From the NCBI GenBank assembly GCA_963708025.1, contig CAVPSB010000018.1:160001-224000 (forward strand): a stretch of 64,000 nucleotides of DNA, written 5' to 3'. Position numbers and translations under genes: made by a program. Position 1 is the first letter of the stretch. Each line of letters begins with the position of its first letter. Below the pieces are notes generated by a model. That model saw nothing but the letters and a program-made list of their open reading frames with translations, searched no databases and was not told the origin of the DNA. The stretch is from an uncultured Candidatus Rokubacteria bacterium. GTDB taxonomy: Bacteria; Methylomirabilota; Methylomirabilia; Rokubacteriales; DASRDR01. Below are positions 42,369 through 53,145 of the stretch, one piece after another.

Positions 42369-45300
42369 TCACCGGTACGCGACGCGGTAGATGCGGACGC
42401 CGGGATTCTCGTACACGCGCTCGAAGTGGGCGGGGGTCGCCTCGAACTTGTCGAGCCCCGGCCCGCCGTGGTACAGGCGCTCGAGCGGGCCGACGTAGAC
42501 GTAGCGCACCTGGTAGCGCCTCAGGAGCCGGAGGGCGGCCTCGACGTCGGGGGTGGTGTAGATCGTGCGGACCGTCTCCAGGCGCCGGCCGACCGGATCC
42601 CCCGGGAACGCGGCCCGCTGCTGGCGCTCGTGCGAGGCCCAGCCGAGGACGGTGGGCAGCCCCGTGTAGACGCTGACCCGCGATCCCCAGCGATACGGGG
42701 GAACGCTGGCTTCCAGGACGACGGGGCTGCCGGCGACGTGCTCGCGGAGCCACCGGATGGCGTCGGCGTCCCAGGCGAGTGCGATCTCCTGGCCCTGGTC
42801 GCGGACGACCGCGCGGCTCAGGTAGCCCTCGCCGTCGAGGCCGGGGCCCAGCCCGGGATCGAAGCGGTGCCGCAGTCGCGGCGGCGTGGCCAGCAGGGGA
42901 TAGAGCAGCACGCCCGCCAGCAGGACCAGCCAGGTGGCGGCCCACGCGCGGGCCGGCCAGCCCGTCCAGCGCGACGGACCCCAGGCGCGGCACGCGGCGG
43001 CGACCCCCGCGACCGCCACCACCCCGAACAGCATCCACACCTGAAGGTAGAGCTTGAAGACCGTGTTCATCCGGCCGATGTCGCCCCGCAGCACCACGAG
43101 TTCGACGGCGGCGCTCAGGCCAGCCCCCAGGAGGATCAGGCCCGCGATCAGCCGCTCGGTCGGGGTTCGCGCCGACCCGACCGCGTGGGGAAGGGCCAGC
43201 GCGCCCAGAGCGGCCAGCGCCGCCGGGAGGCCGAGACCGAGAGCCGCCAGGAGGCCGGCCCCGGCCAGGCCGGCCGCCCGCAGCCACCACGCGAAGCCGG
43301 ACTGATCCTCGCGCCAGCGCCCCGCGAGCACGAGATACGTCGTCACCCCGAACAGGAAGAAGCCGTAGAAGCCGAGGTACGCGTCGAGAGGGGTGCGGGA
43401 TCCGAGCCACGGCTCGACCGCTCCGTACGCGGTCGCCAGGTGCGCCGTGAAGGGGTGAACGAGCAGGCGGCCGGCCACGAGAACCACGACGAGGCGTCCG
43501 GCGGCGGCGAGGACAGCCGTCCGGTCGAGCCGGCCCCGCCGGCCGAGCTCCCGCAGGACGAGGCCGAGTCCGACCAGCACGAGCGCGGTGGGATGGTCCC
43601 AGGCGTTGATCGCCCACAGGGCGCCGGTCACCAGGCTCAGGAGGCCGAGCACCGCCGTCTCCCGGAGTCGGGCATCCTGGTCGCCCGGTCGATCCGGCCG
43701 CTCACCGTCGGCCGCGAGGTGGATGGCGCCCGCGATCACGAGCAGGACGTACGGCATGGCCAGCATGTGGGCGTGGAGATCCGCGAACAGGAAGGTGAAG
43801 AAGGGGAACTCGGTGATCGGCGGCGGCTCCGTGCTCGGGTGGGGAATGGCCCGCGTGGCGGGCCAGAACCAGTACTCGGTGGGAACGGGGAGTGACCGCC
43901 GCTCCACGAGCCAGAGATAGAGCCCGTGGAGCGTCCGCAGGGCCGGGCCGGCGCCGGGGATCCAGCTCGTCCACCCGGGGGTGCTCAGGCGACTGACCGC
44001 GTCGGCCAGCAACCGACCCTCGACGAGGTTGCCGGCGATGGTCACGTAGAGTGCCCCCAGACTGCCCCAGCCCATGGTCCCGGCCCACCGGCGGCCGCCG
44101 GGGCCGGGCGCCCCTGACCGCCCATCGATGTTGCGGACCAGGGCCGCCGCCGCCGTGAACGCGCCCGCCCCGGTCAGGGCGAAGAACGTGGGAATCGCGA
44201 GCGTGTAGGCGACCGACGGCACGATGCCGGTGAGCTTGACCAGCGTGGCGACCAGCACGAACCCGAAATAGTAGTAGTTGAGGTAGCCGCCCGCGAACCA
44301 CGGGTCGTACGGGGGAAACAGTCCGCTCTTCAGCACCGCGTTGAGAAACGCGAAGTCCATCGGCTTCTCGCCGCCTCGCTCCGGATGCCACAGGTCGGGA
44401 TTCTGCCAGCGGATCCAGAGCATCACGCCGAAGAGGAGCCAGAAGAGCGCCTCCTCCGCGAGGAGGAGCGCCCGCCGCTCCCGCCAGAGCCGCCGGAGGT
44501 CGTGGCGCTGCCACCAGGCGGCGGCGCCCGAGGGGATGGCGAGGGCGACGACCACCAGCGCGACGCTCGCGGCGCTGAAGCGGGCGATGCCGAGGCTGGC
44601 GAGCCACCAGGCGCCGAAGGCCACGAGGAGCAGCCCCACGGCCTTGGCGAGCAGGAAGCCGCGGTCCTCGAGCGTCCCGAGGGCGAGCGCGGTGAGCGGG
44701 AACGCGAGGAGGCCCAGCAGCGCGAGCGCGAGCGCCCAGGCGAGGACCGGCCAGCGGTTCGCCAGGTCGCCGGGGTCGTAGAGGCCGTGCCGCGGATCGA
44801 GCCGCCGCGACCACGTCCCGCCGGTTCGCTGGGCCTCGCGCGTCCCCGGATCGGGCCCCAGGGCGTTCCCGAGCCGCTCCACCTCCCGCGGCCGGAGCCG
44901 TGGGATCTCGTCCCACTCCACCTGGTCGAGGAGGGCCCGGGCGCGCGCCACGCTCCAGGCCTCCGTCTTCTGGAAGATCCGCACGCGCGGATGGTCGTAG
45001 ACCGAGAAGGCCTCCTCGGCGCCCTGGTCGGGGAAGTCGATCCCGAGGAGCCGGGGATAGGCGGTGAACTCCGCCGCCTGCCGGAACCCCAGCTCGCCGG
45101 AGAGCAGGAGACGATAGTAGCGCGTGGTCATCGGGTAGCGCATCGGGAGCCGCGGGATGCTGTCCGAGAGCCGGTTGCTGGAGAGGATGACGTACCCGGC
45201 CTGGTCGAGGACCGCGAGCAGCTGGTCGAGCTTCTGCGGCGTGTCCTCGGCGTAGTTGGCCAGCTCGAGGCGGCGATAGACGGTGAAGGGAGACGCGCCG

Positions 45301-46727
45301 GACAGGCGGAGCGGCAGCGCGTCGTCCCAGTGCTCGACGGCGAGCGCCGTCCCGGGCGGGACGTTGGCGTAGATCCACCGGGACGCCTCGATGCGAGAGT
45401 GGGGTCGCCGGTAGATGCTCGTGAAGGCCCAGGCCCAGGCGAGCGTTCCGCCCACGACCAGCACGGCGAGGGCAGCGGCCGCGGCGGGGCGCCACCGTCC
45501 CGCCCACCCGGCCGGCCGGTCGCCCGCGCCGCCGGCCGCCTGGCGCGCCCGACCCCACGCCCGGGCGAGCAGGGAGGCGGCGAAGAGGGCGAGCGCCGGG
45601 TAGATCGGCAGGAAGTAGCGGAGCGACGTGACCCACCGGGTGCCCTGGTACCCGAAAAGCACCAGGACCCAGATCCAGAGCAGCACCCGCTCGGGCGAGC
45701 GATCCCGGCGGCGCCAGAGGTCCCAGCCGGCCAGGAGCCAGCCACCCCACGCGGCGAGGCCGAGGGCCGGCCCCATCCCCACCGTCACCATGTTCGCCCA
45801 CGGGAACCAGAGGGGTGCCCGGTCCGTCCACTGGTGACCAGGCGGGAAGTCGCGGAGGCCGCTCAGCAGCTCGGCCACCAGGCGCATGCTGCCGACCCAG
45901 GCCGGATCGAGGGCGAGGCCGAAGAACCCGGGTCCCCGGAAGGTGTACGGCTGCAGCACGCGAAAGACGAGCAGGGTCACCGCCAGCGCGAGCCCCAGGC
46001 CCGCGGCCGCCCGGCGGATCCATCGGAGAACCCCTGGCTGGGACCCGTCGGGCCGCTCCCGCCCGCGTTCGCGGACGAGGATCGCGGCCGCGGCCACGAC
46101 GCCGAGGACGGCCACGCTGGCCTTGCAGGCCAGCCCGGCGCCCAGGGCAGCGCCGAGCAGGACGTGGTCCCGCCCGCGGCCCCAGTCGAGGACCCGGACG
46201 CTCGCGACCAGCGCGAGCATCACGAAGGCGGTGGCGAAGGTGTCCACGGTGTAGAAGTGGGCGAGCTGGATCGGCAGCACCGTGACCGCCAGGAGCAAGG
46301 CGCCCAGTAGCCCGACCCCCGGGCCGTACAGGCGCCGCCCGAGCAGGAACGTCAGCAGCACGGTGAGGAGGTCGAAGCCCGCCGACAGCAGCCGCCCGAC
46401 GATGTGGATGCGGTCGTAGCCCGGCTGCCCCGCCGCGTCGCCGACCGTCTTGGTCAGGAAGATCGGGAGGGTGCCGTAGGCGTAGAACGGGAAGCCCCGG
46501 TTCTGGGGATTGAGCGGCGAGGTCGCGGTGTCGAAGTAGCCCCGCACGCCCTCCGGCCAGCGGAGCGCCTCCGTGACCATCGTGAGGAACCGCTCGTCGG
46601 GGTGGAGGTGCTGCTCCTCGAGCACGACCGGACGCCCGGGCGCCTCCCAGCGATGGGCGTCCCAGTGGAGCCCGTCCAGTCGCAGGACGGCGGCGAGGAG
46701 GAGCACGGCGCCGAGGCCCCAGCGCAT
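42369..46727 (-). CDS. Large GT-C membrane protein: PMT_2/GT39 domain fused to DUF2298 (YYY)
   Basis: HPDERFL, YGTLP; GGEKPMDFAF..PPYDPWFAG..NYYYFG, ITEFPFFTFLFADLHAH, RMNTVFKLY, PTVLGW..HE; ATG at 46727. Confidence 0.88.
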   Translation of the reverse strand: MRWGLGAVLLLAAVLRLDGLHWDAHRWEAPGRPVVLEEQHLHPDERFLTMVTEALRWPEGVRGYFDTATSPLNPQNRGFPFYAYGTLPIFLTKTVGDAAGQPGYDRIHIVGRLLSAGFDLLTVLLTFLLGRRLYGPGVGLLGALLLAVTVLPIQLAHFYTVDTFATAFVMLALVASVRVLDWGRGRDHVLLGAALGAGLACKASVAVLGVVAAAAILVRERGRERPDGSQPGVLRWIRRAAAGLGLALAVTLLVFRVLQPYTFRGPGFFGLALDPAWVGSMRLVAELLSGLRDFPPGHQWTDRAPLWFPWANMVTVGMGPALGLAAWGGWLLAGWDLWRRRDRSPERVLLWIWVLVLFGYQGTRWVTSLRYFLPIYPALALFAASLLARAWGRARQAAGGAGDRPAGWAGRWRPAAAAALAVLVVGGTLAWAWAFTSIYRRPHSRIEASRWIYANVPPGTALAVEHWDDALPLRLSGASPFTVYRRLELANYAEDTPQKLDQLLAVLDQAGYVILSSNRLSDSIPRLPMRYPMTTRYYRLLLSGELGFRQAAEFTAYPRLLGIDFPDQGAEEAFSVYDHPRVRIFQKTEAWSVARARALLDQVEWDEIPRLRPREVERLGNALGPDPGTREAQRTGGTWSRRLDPRHGLYDPGDLANRWPVLAWALALALLGLLAFPLTALALGTLEDRGFLLAKAVGLLLVAFGAWWLASLGIARFSAASVALVVVALAIPSGAAAWWQRHDLRRLWRERRALLLAEEALFWLLFGVMLWIRWQNPDLWHPERGGEKPMDFAFLNAVLKSGLFPPYDPWFAGGYLNYYYFGFVLVATLVKLTGIVPSVAYTLAIPTFFALTGAGAFTAAAALVRNIDGRSGAPGPGGRRWAGTMGWGSLGALYVTIAGNLVEGRLLADAVSRLSTPGWTSWIPGAGPALRTLHGLYLWLVERRSLPVPTEYWFWPATRAIPHPSTEPPPITEFPFFTFLFADLHAHMLAMPYVLLVIAGAIHLAADGERPDRPGDQDARLRETAVLGLLSLVTGALWAINAWDHPTALVLVGLGLVLRELGRRGRLDRTAVLAAAGRLVVVLVAGRLLVHPFTAHLATAYGAVEPWLGSRTPLDAYLGFYGFFLFGVTTYLVLAGRWREDQSGFAWWLRAAGLAGAGLLAALGLGLPAALAALGALALPHAVGSARTPTERLIAGLILLGAGLSAAVELVVLRGDIGRMNTVFKLYLQVWMLFGVVAVAGVAAACRAWGPSRWTGWPARAWAATWLVLLAGVLLYPLLATPPRLRHRFDPGLGPGLDGEGYLSRAVVRDQGQEIALAWDADAIRWLREHVAGSPVVLEASVPPYRWGSRVSVYTGLPTVLGWASHERQQRAAFPGDPVGRRLETVRTIYTTPDVEAALRLLRRYQVRYVYVGPLERLYHGGPGLDKFEATPAHFERVYENPGVRIYRVAYR

Positions 46728-46747
46728 CGGGTTCTCCGTCCGCGCGG

Positions 46748-48913
46748 CTACTCGCCGCCGAGGCGGTCCCCGCGCTCCGGCCGGGGCTCCGGGGCCGGGG
46801 GACGGGGGCCGAGCACCCACACGCTGGCGGCGACGTCCCGGCTGACGTACATCAGGAACTCGCGGCGCAGCGGCCAGTCGGCCAGGTCGACGCCGGGGTA
46901 GCGGCGGTGGGCGACGACCTGCCAGAGCCAGGCGCGGGCCGCGGGGTCGCCGAGCGTCCGGCCCAGGTCGGCCACGCTCAGCTTCCGGTACCCCTGGAGT
47001 GGCCACCAGATCAGCCGGTAGCGTCGCTTGGCGTAGCCGCGCTCGACGAACGGCGCGACCTTGGCGGCGTTCTTCGGTCCCACGATGACGACCGGGGCGG
47101 CCATCGCCTCGGGAGTCGGGACCGTTCCGTAGCCGAAGGCGAGCGGATAGTCGCGCAGGTACCACGCCAGCGGCCAGGTGCTCTCATCGTCGTAGGCGAC
47201 CACGAGGGCCCGGTCGCGGCCGGTCCGCTGCCCGATCAGCTCGATCTCGGACATGGCCCGCTTGATGTCCGGGGTCCCGTGGGCGTAGACGAGCAGCTCG
47301 GTCGCGAGATCGTAGTTGACGTAGGTCAGTCGCACGGTCGTTCGCACGGTCAGCAGGGTGACGGCGGCGACCAGGCCGACGGCGACGAGGCGCCAGCCCG
47401 CGGCCCGTCCCACAGCGCGGAGCGACCGGACCCCGAGGATGGCGAGCGCCGCGGTGAGGAGCACGCTGGTCATCCACCGCGGCATGTCCTCGAGCGCGGC
47501 GAGCTCCCGCCCCGCGACCTCCGGGAACCTCGCCGCGCCAGCCCCGACGACGAGCAGGATCGGCGCGCCCAAGGCCAGGCCGATGGCCCGCCCGGCGCCG
47601 ATCGCCCGCCAGTCGATCGACGCGAGCAGCCGCGCCAGCCCGGAGCCGCCCAGCAGGCACAGCGGCAGCACGATGTGGGCGAGGAGCCACGGCATCTTCT
47701 CGCCGGCCACGGTGTAGGCGACCCAGCTCGCGGCGGCCCACCAGAGACAGAAGGCGAGGGCGGCGTCCCGGCTTGGCGCGGGACTCGAGGACCCGACCGC
47801 CGGCTCCGTCCCCGTCCGGCGCCGGAGCACGGCCACGGCCGCGCCCGCGGCCAGGAGCAGGGGCAGGAACTCGTAGAGCCCCGCGAGGAGCGGGTAGTAG
47901 AACCACGGCTGGCCGCCGCGCTGGACCGGCTGCTGGGTGAGCCAGTACCCGAGGCTCCCGACGACGCCGGTGGCGAGGCCGACGGGGACGTTCGTGAAGA
48001 AGGTCGTGAAGAAGAGGACCTGCAATCCCCAGAACCCGCCCATGAGCCCGGCCCAGCGCCGGAATCCACGTCCGGGCCCGAACCAGAGCCGGGCCGTCGA
48101 GAGGCTCAGCCCGAACAGGAGGACTACCGCCACCCCGTAACGAGCCTGGCCGGCCCGGGTGGTGTAGTCGTGGGGGTTCCAGCCGAGCAGCACGACGCCG
48201 GCGCACCCGGTGAAGGGCAGGACCAGGGTCAGCATCAACGCCGCGAGGTCGCCCGGCGCGCTCTCCCGCCACCGGTCGCGGCCGTCCCGCCAGCGCTGGA
48301 GGAACAGCCCGACGCAGAAGGATCCGGCGATCGCGCCGAAGATGAACGCGACCTCCTTCGAGAGGAAGCTCGCGGCCATGGCGAGCGTGACGAGGACCAG
48401 CCAGCGCCGGTGCCGATCCTCGAGGTAGCGGATCATGCCGTAGACCCACAGGAGCGAGAAGAGGCAAACGGAGAGGTCGTTGCGGACGTAGCGGCTGTAG
48501 AAGGTCAGCGTCGGGCTCACCAGCACCAGGACGGCGGCCAGCAGCGCGCCCGTCCGGCCCAGGTACCGCCGGAACCACCACAGCGCCGCCACCAGGCCGA
48601 TCCCCGCTGCCGCCGGGACCAGGCGCGCGGTGGTATCGCTGGCCCCGAACAGCCAGAACACGGCCGCGTTCAGGTGTTGGAGGAGCGGCCCGTGCGTGGA
48701 GGGGTCGTGGCGGTAGAAGCCCGCCTGGTAGAGCTTGAAGCCCAGGAAGGCGTGGATGCTCTCGTCGTGGCTCATCGCGCGACTGCCGAGCTCCGCGAAC
48801 CGCGAGAGCGCGGCGAGCAGCAGGACTCCGCCCCACGCCGCCTGCTCCCGGGAGACTCCGCGCGAGACGGCGACCAGCGGCTCGTCCCACCAGGACATCG
48901 GCCGATCGCTCAC
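46748..48913 (-). CDS. TIGR03663 / Agl23-like GT-C membrane protein
   Basis: RAMSHDESIH, YRHDPSTHGP, YSRYVRND, SKE, GSLGYWL, GEKMPWL, ELLVYAH. Confidence 0.85.
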   Translation of the reverse strand: MSDRPMSWWDEPLVAVSRGVSREQAAWGGVLLLAALSRFAELGSRAMSHDESIHAFLGFKLYQAGFYRHDPSTHGPLLQHLNAAVFWLFGASDTTARLVPAAAGIGLVAALWWFRRYLGRTGALLAAVLVLVSPTLTFYSRYVRNDLSVCLFSLLWVYGMIRYLEDRHRRWLVLVTLAMAASFLSKEVAFIFGAIAGSFCVGLFLQRWRDGRDRWRESAPGDLAALMLTLVLPFTGCAGVVLLGWNPHDYTTRAGQARYGVAVVLLFGLSLSTARLWFGPGRGFRRWAGLMGGFWGLQVLFFTTFFTNVPVGLATGVVGSLGYWLTQQPVQRGGQPWFYYPLLAGLYEFLPLLLAAGAAVAVLRRRTGTEPAVGSSSPAPSRDAALAFCLWWAAASWVAYTVAGEKMPWLLAHIVLPLCLLGGSGLARLLASIDWRAIGAGRAIGLALGAPILLVVGAGAARFPEVAGRELAALEDMPRWMTSVLLTAALAILGVRSLRAVGRAAGWRLVAVGLVAAVTLLTVRTTVRLTYVNYDLATELLVYAHGTPDIKRAMSEIELIGQRTGRDRALVVAYDDESTWPLAWYLRDYPLAFGYGTVPTPEAMAAPVVIVGPKNAAKVAPFVERGYAKRRYRLIWWPLQGYRKLSVADLGRTLGDPAARAWLWQVVAHRRYPGVDLADWPLRREFLMYVSRDVAASVWVLGPRPPAPEPRPERGDRLGGE

Positions 48914-48983
48914 GTGCCTCTCAGCTTCCGTGGGTTTCTCGCAACCCCCCTGGTCCGGCCGCGCGGCCGTGGCGTTCCACTTC

Positions 48984-49067
48984 GAGCCGCGGCCCAAAGG
49001 CCGAAGGCCGTCCAACAGTCGCGGCCTCCGAGGGGGGGCTTCGGGGGGTCTTCCAAGACCCCCCCGA
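48984..49067. repeat. Palindromic intergenic element, scaffold C, with the module in its loop
   Basis: GCCGCGGC-[CCAAAGGCCGAAGGCCGTCC at 48994-49013]-AACA-GTCGCGGC, then CGGGGGGTCTT-CC-AAGACCCCCCCG. Confidence 0.8.
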
Positions 49068-49072
49068 TGTTC

Positions 49073-50626
49073 TCACGGGTCCGGCTCGGGCTCCGACGCA
49101 GGCGTCTTCGGCATCTCGCCGGAGCCCCCCTCTCCTCCGGGCACCCACAGGATGATGCCGACGGGCCCCGCCGCGCCGATGCGGATCCGATAGCGGCTTC
49201 CCGCGTAGCCCGGGGGCAGCCGCGCGGCGAGGGCGTCCGGCCGCGAGCCGGCGCCGACATCTGGTGTGACGATCAGCGGAGAGAGGGTCTGGTCGCCGAC
49301 GTCGGATGGCGGGCTCGCGACCCAGCGGAGCCGCGGCAGGTCCCGGAGATACCAGGCGAGGAGCGGGTCGGCTCGCGGATCCCCCACGACACGGACCGGG
49401 CACTCGCGCGCGTCGCCGACCTGCCAAGCACAGAGTGACGCCGCGTCGGCCGCCAGCAGCCGGGCGCCCGCCTGCGTGGCCTCCCCTCGGGAGGGGGGCT
49501 GGAAGGCGTGGCGCAGTGTGAGGAGCAGGAGCACCGCGGCGCAGACGCCAGCTAGCCGGGCTCCTCGCGTGTGGAGCGCGACCCTCCGGGGCAGTCTCCC
49601 CACCACCTGAGCCGCGGCGAGGGCAAGCAGGAGGGTCAAGGGGAGCCGGCCCACGATGGTCGCCCGCTCGACCCACGCCATGGCCAGCGCCAGCCCGCAC
49701 GCGGCGAGCAGGATGATCCGGCGGCGCCAGGGCGCCGGGCTTGCCCGCTGCCACTCGATCGCCAGGCCCAGCAATCCCAGGCCCAGCGTGAGGGGCTGCT
49801 CGAGGACGAGCCGCTCCAGCAAGCTCAGCAGGCCAGGCAGCCCGGGGGGATCGAGCGACTGCGCGCTCCAGACGGTCAGGCTCATGCTCACCGCCGGCAG
49901 CCCCTGCCGCTGGATGAGGCCGGCGGTGGCCGCCAGGACCGCGCTGGCGGCCGTCACGCCGAGGAGGCGCCCGACGAGGCCGCGCTCGCGCGCCCGGCGC
50001 GCGCCGGCCGGGCTCGCCGCCGCGTCGAGCCACGCGCCGGCGCCCGCGAGTCCCAGGAGCAGCAGGAAGCTCCACGCCGCCGGCCCGCTGGCGACGAGCA
50101 GGCCGAAGGAGGCGGCCGCCGCCCGCAGCCACCGGCGTCGCTCGGCCTCGCCCGCGGCGTCGCCGGCCGTCGCGGCCCGCACGCGGACGACACACGCGAC
50201 GACCAGGAGAGCGCCGAGCGCGCTGGCGATGGCCCCGTCGGCGAGGCGGCTCGTCCCCACCAGCACGGGATCCACGGCGAGGACTCCGGCGAGGGCGAGA
50301 GTCGTCGCCCGGCCGATCACGGGCCGCACGAGCCAGGGCACGAGCACGACCGCGGTCCCGAGGGCGGCCGGCCACGCCCGGGCGAGCGCGTCCGTCCCGC
50401 TCCCGGCCAGCCAGAACAGCGCCCACTGCCCGACGAAGAGCAGCGCGCTCGCCGGCGGCCCACCGGGCGGGAGCGCGACCCCGCCGGTTTCCGTCGCCGC
50501 GACCCACCCCGGCCACGTGCTGGCCGCCTCCAGCAGCCCCAGGGGCTCGCGGGCGAGGTCGCGGAAGCGCAGCCCGGCGGCCACCGCCACCAGCAGCGCG
50601 CCGAGGAGCCTCTCCGTGGGCATCAC
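49073..50626 (-). CDS. Degenerate GT-C/TIGR03663-like multi-TM protein
   Basis: GLRFRDLAREPL..EA, DALARAWPAALG, LAWYLRD echo the neighbouring gene, but the DE and RND motifs are missing. Confidence 0.65.
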   Translation of the reverse strand: MMPTERLLGALLVAVAAGLRFRDLAREPLGLLEAASTWPGWVAATETGGVALPPGGPPASALLFVGQWALFWLAGSGTDALARAWPAALGTAVVLVPWLVRPVIGRATTLALAGVLAVDPVLVGTSRLADGAIASALGALLVVACVVRVRAATAGDAAGEAERRRWLRAAAASFGLLVASGPAAWSFLLLLGLAGAGAWLDAAASPAGARRARERGLVGRLLGVTAASAVLAATAGLIQRQGLPAVSMSLTVWSAQSLDPPGLPGLLSLLERLVLEQPLTLGLGLLGLAIEWQRASPAPWRRRIILLAACGLALAMAWVERATIVGRLPLTLLLALAAAQVVGRLPRRVALHTRGARLAGVCAAVLLLLTLRHAFQPPSRGEATQAGARLLAADAASLCAWQVGDARECPVRVVGDPRADPLLAWYLRDLPRLRWVASPPSDVGDQTLSPLIVTPDVGAGSRPDALAARLPPGYAGSRYRIRIGAAGPVGIILWVPGGEGGSGEMPKTPASEPEPDP

Positions 50627-50644
50627 GACCCACGGCGCCCGGCG

Positions 50645-53082
50645 TCAGTCACGACGCCGGAAGATGCGCACGTCCCCGTGCCGGAACGCCAGCTCCATGA
50701 CGCGGGCCAGCTCGTCCTCCTCCCGGGGGCCGACGCCGTAGCGGAGGCGCTCGCGCGGTCCCAGGTACACGTAGCCGACCTCCCATCGAACCAGGAGTCG
50801 GCGCAGCGCCTCGGACGTGGTCGGCCGGTAAATCGCCTCCAGCGCGCTCGCCCGGCCCGCGGCCTGGCGGGCGAAGGCGGCCCCGCGCCACTGTACCTCG
50901 TGACCCTGCCATCCCAGGAGCGTCGCGCGCCCGGTGGCCACGCTGACGCGCCCGTCGGCCGGCCGGTAGCTGTCACCCGCCGCCTGGACGACCCGCGCCT
51001 CCGGGAGCGTGTTCGCGCGGATCCAGCGGATGGCGGCCGCCTCATCCGGGGCCTCGCGCTCGAGGTGCGCCAGGCCGTCCAGGGTCAGCCGGTCGGGTCT
51101 TGCGCCCGCGACGTTCCCGGCGACGCCGACGACGGCGTAGGCGAGGGCGCCCACGAGCACGACCACGGCCCCCCGGCCCAGCATCCGGACCATGCCCGCG
51201 TTGCGGAGCGCCGCGACGGCGCCGGCGGCCGCCGCGACCCCGAGCAGCAGCCAGGCCTGATAGTAGGCCTTGAAGATCGTGTTCATCCGGGTGCCGAAGC
51301 CGTCCCGCACGTACACCACCTCCGGGACGAGCACCAGGACGAGCCCCACCACGAGCAAGACGAGCGCGAAGCGGACGTCCGGGTCGCGGGGCGCTCTCCG
51401 TCGCCGGAGCGCGTCCCCCTCCCGCGGTGCGTCGTGCCAGAGCAGTGCCCCGGCGACGGCGAGCCCGGCCGCCAGCAGCGCGGCGCTCGGCCAGCCGCCT
51501 CGCCAGCGATCGAGAGCCGAGAGGAGGGGACTCGCGCCGCCGGCGCGCGGCGCCAGCGAGCCGAGCCACGCGCGACCGGACGGGCTGAAGGCCGCCGCCG
51601 CGGCCCCGGCCGCCAGTCCCAGGCCCGTCACCCCGAGCGTGGCGGCGAGGATCGCGCCGATCCGCCACGAGGCCGGCCGCCGCTCGCGCCAGCTCGCCCA
51701 GACGAGGGCCGCGACGCCGGGGGCGAACACGCCGAACACGGACGCGAGCTGGCCGAGCGGGGTGGGGTGGAACAGGTTCGGGAGCAGGCCTGTCACCTGG
51801 CTCTGGGCGGTGAGGAAGTGGGGCAGGCCGAGCACGGCGGCGCCGGCCGGGACCAGCAGCGAGACGACGAGGATCCGCCGACGGCATCGATACCGGGCGG
51901 CCACGCAGGCCAGGACGAGGAGGAGCCAGGCGGCCGGGAAGTTCCAGGTGTTGACGGCGATCAGGGCGCCGGCCGCGACGCCGACCACGATCGCCCCGAC
52001 CACCCCGAGCGGAAATCCGCCGAACCACCGGCACCCGCGCCCCGGGCGTCCCGCCGTCCGACCGCCCACGGCCCCGCGCGTGAGGAAGAGGGCCAGCGCC
52101 AGGGTGACCACCAGGACGTCGAGCGGCATGGCCAGGACGTGCGGATGATCGTCGCCGAGGAGGTAGCTGAAGAACGGGAACTCGTCGATGACCTCGATCG
52201 GTCGGCCGGTGAGGTCGGCATCGCGCAGCACGCGGCTGCTCGGCCACCACCACGGCGCGCCGACCGGTGCCGCCTCCGGGACCACGCCGCCGCCGAGCCA
52301 CGGCACCAGGCGCGGGAGCCAGCGGGCCGCTTCGCTCAGTCCGGCCGCCACGCCGTGCGGGTTCGCCGCCAGGGCCACCGCGCAGGCCGCGAGCAGGCCG
52401 CCGAGCACGGCCCGCCGCCGATCGCGCCCGGCGTCGCCTCGCCGCCCCAGGGCCGCGAGATTCGAGCCCAGGCTGTAGCAGCCGGCCGCCAGCAGGCCGA
52501 ACCAGCAGGCCTGACCGACGTTGTAGGCGATCTCGGGGGGCGTGTCGGCGAGTCGCGCCAGGGTCGCCAGGAGCCAGTAGCCCAGGTAGTAGTAGCTGAC
52601 CGCGTAGCCGGCGAGCCAGGGGTCGCGGGGGGGAAGGTCGGGCTGGTCCAGACCGCCGACAGGAAGAGCAGATCCATCGGCTGCTCGGTGTGACCGATGG
52701 CCGGGTCGCACGCCCGCACCAGGGCCCAGCCGCCGAAGGCCAGCAGGAAGACCGCCTCGACGGCCAGGAGCCGCGGGGCGTGGGCGCGCATCCACGCCAG
52801 CAGGGGCCGCGTGCCGCGCGCCGTCGGCTCGAGGCCGGGCCACCCCGCGACGACGGCGAGGCCGGTCACCACGAGGACGGCGAGCCCGGCGCCACCGGGG
52901 TCGTTGCGGAGGACGCCGTAGGCCGTGCCCAGCCACAACGTCACGCCGACGAGGAGGACCCCGAGGATCTTGCCGACGCCGTAGCCGCGATCGGGCAGGC
53001 GGCGGAAGAGCCGCCACGCCAGGGGGAAGGTCAGGAGGCCGAGCAGCTCGACGACGAGGTACCAGCGGAAGAGCGCCACCAT
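50645..53082 (-). CDS. DUF2298 (YYY) membrane protein (frameshift at the G-run near 52630)
   Basis: HTEQPMD, DPWLAG..SYYYLG, IDEFPFFSYLLGDDHPH, RMNTIFKAY, TLLGWQGHE. Confidence 0.85.
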
Positions 53083-53145
53083 CGTCTTCGCGGGGTCATC
53101 CGACCGGGGCGAACCCCGCGGTCCGCTCGCCCCGGGCCGAGCCGA

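Noticed and set aside
49571-52693. Long antisense ORFs (for example 1040 aa here, 11109-13586, 46907-49438)
   Set aside because: Arg/Pro/Gly-rich shadows of real genes, expected at this GC content; no motifs.
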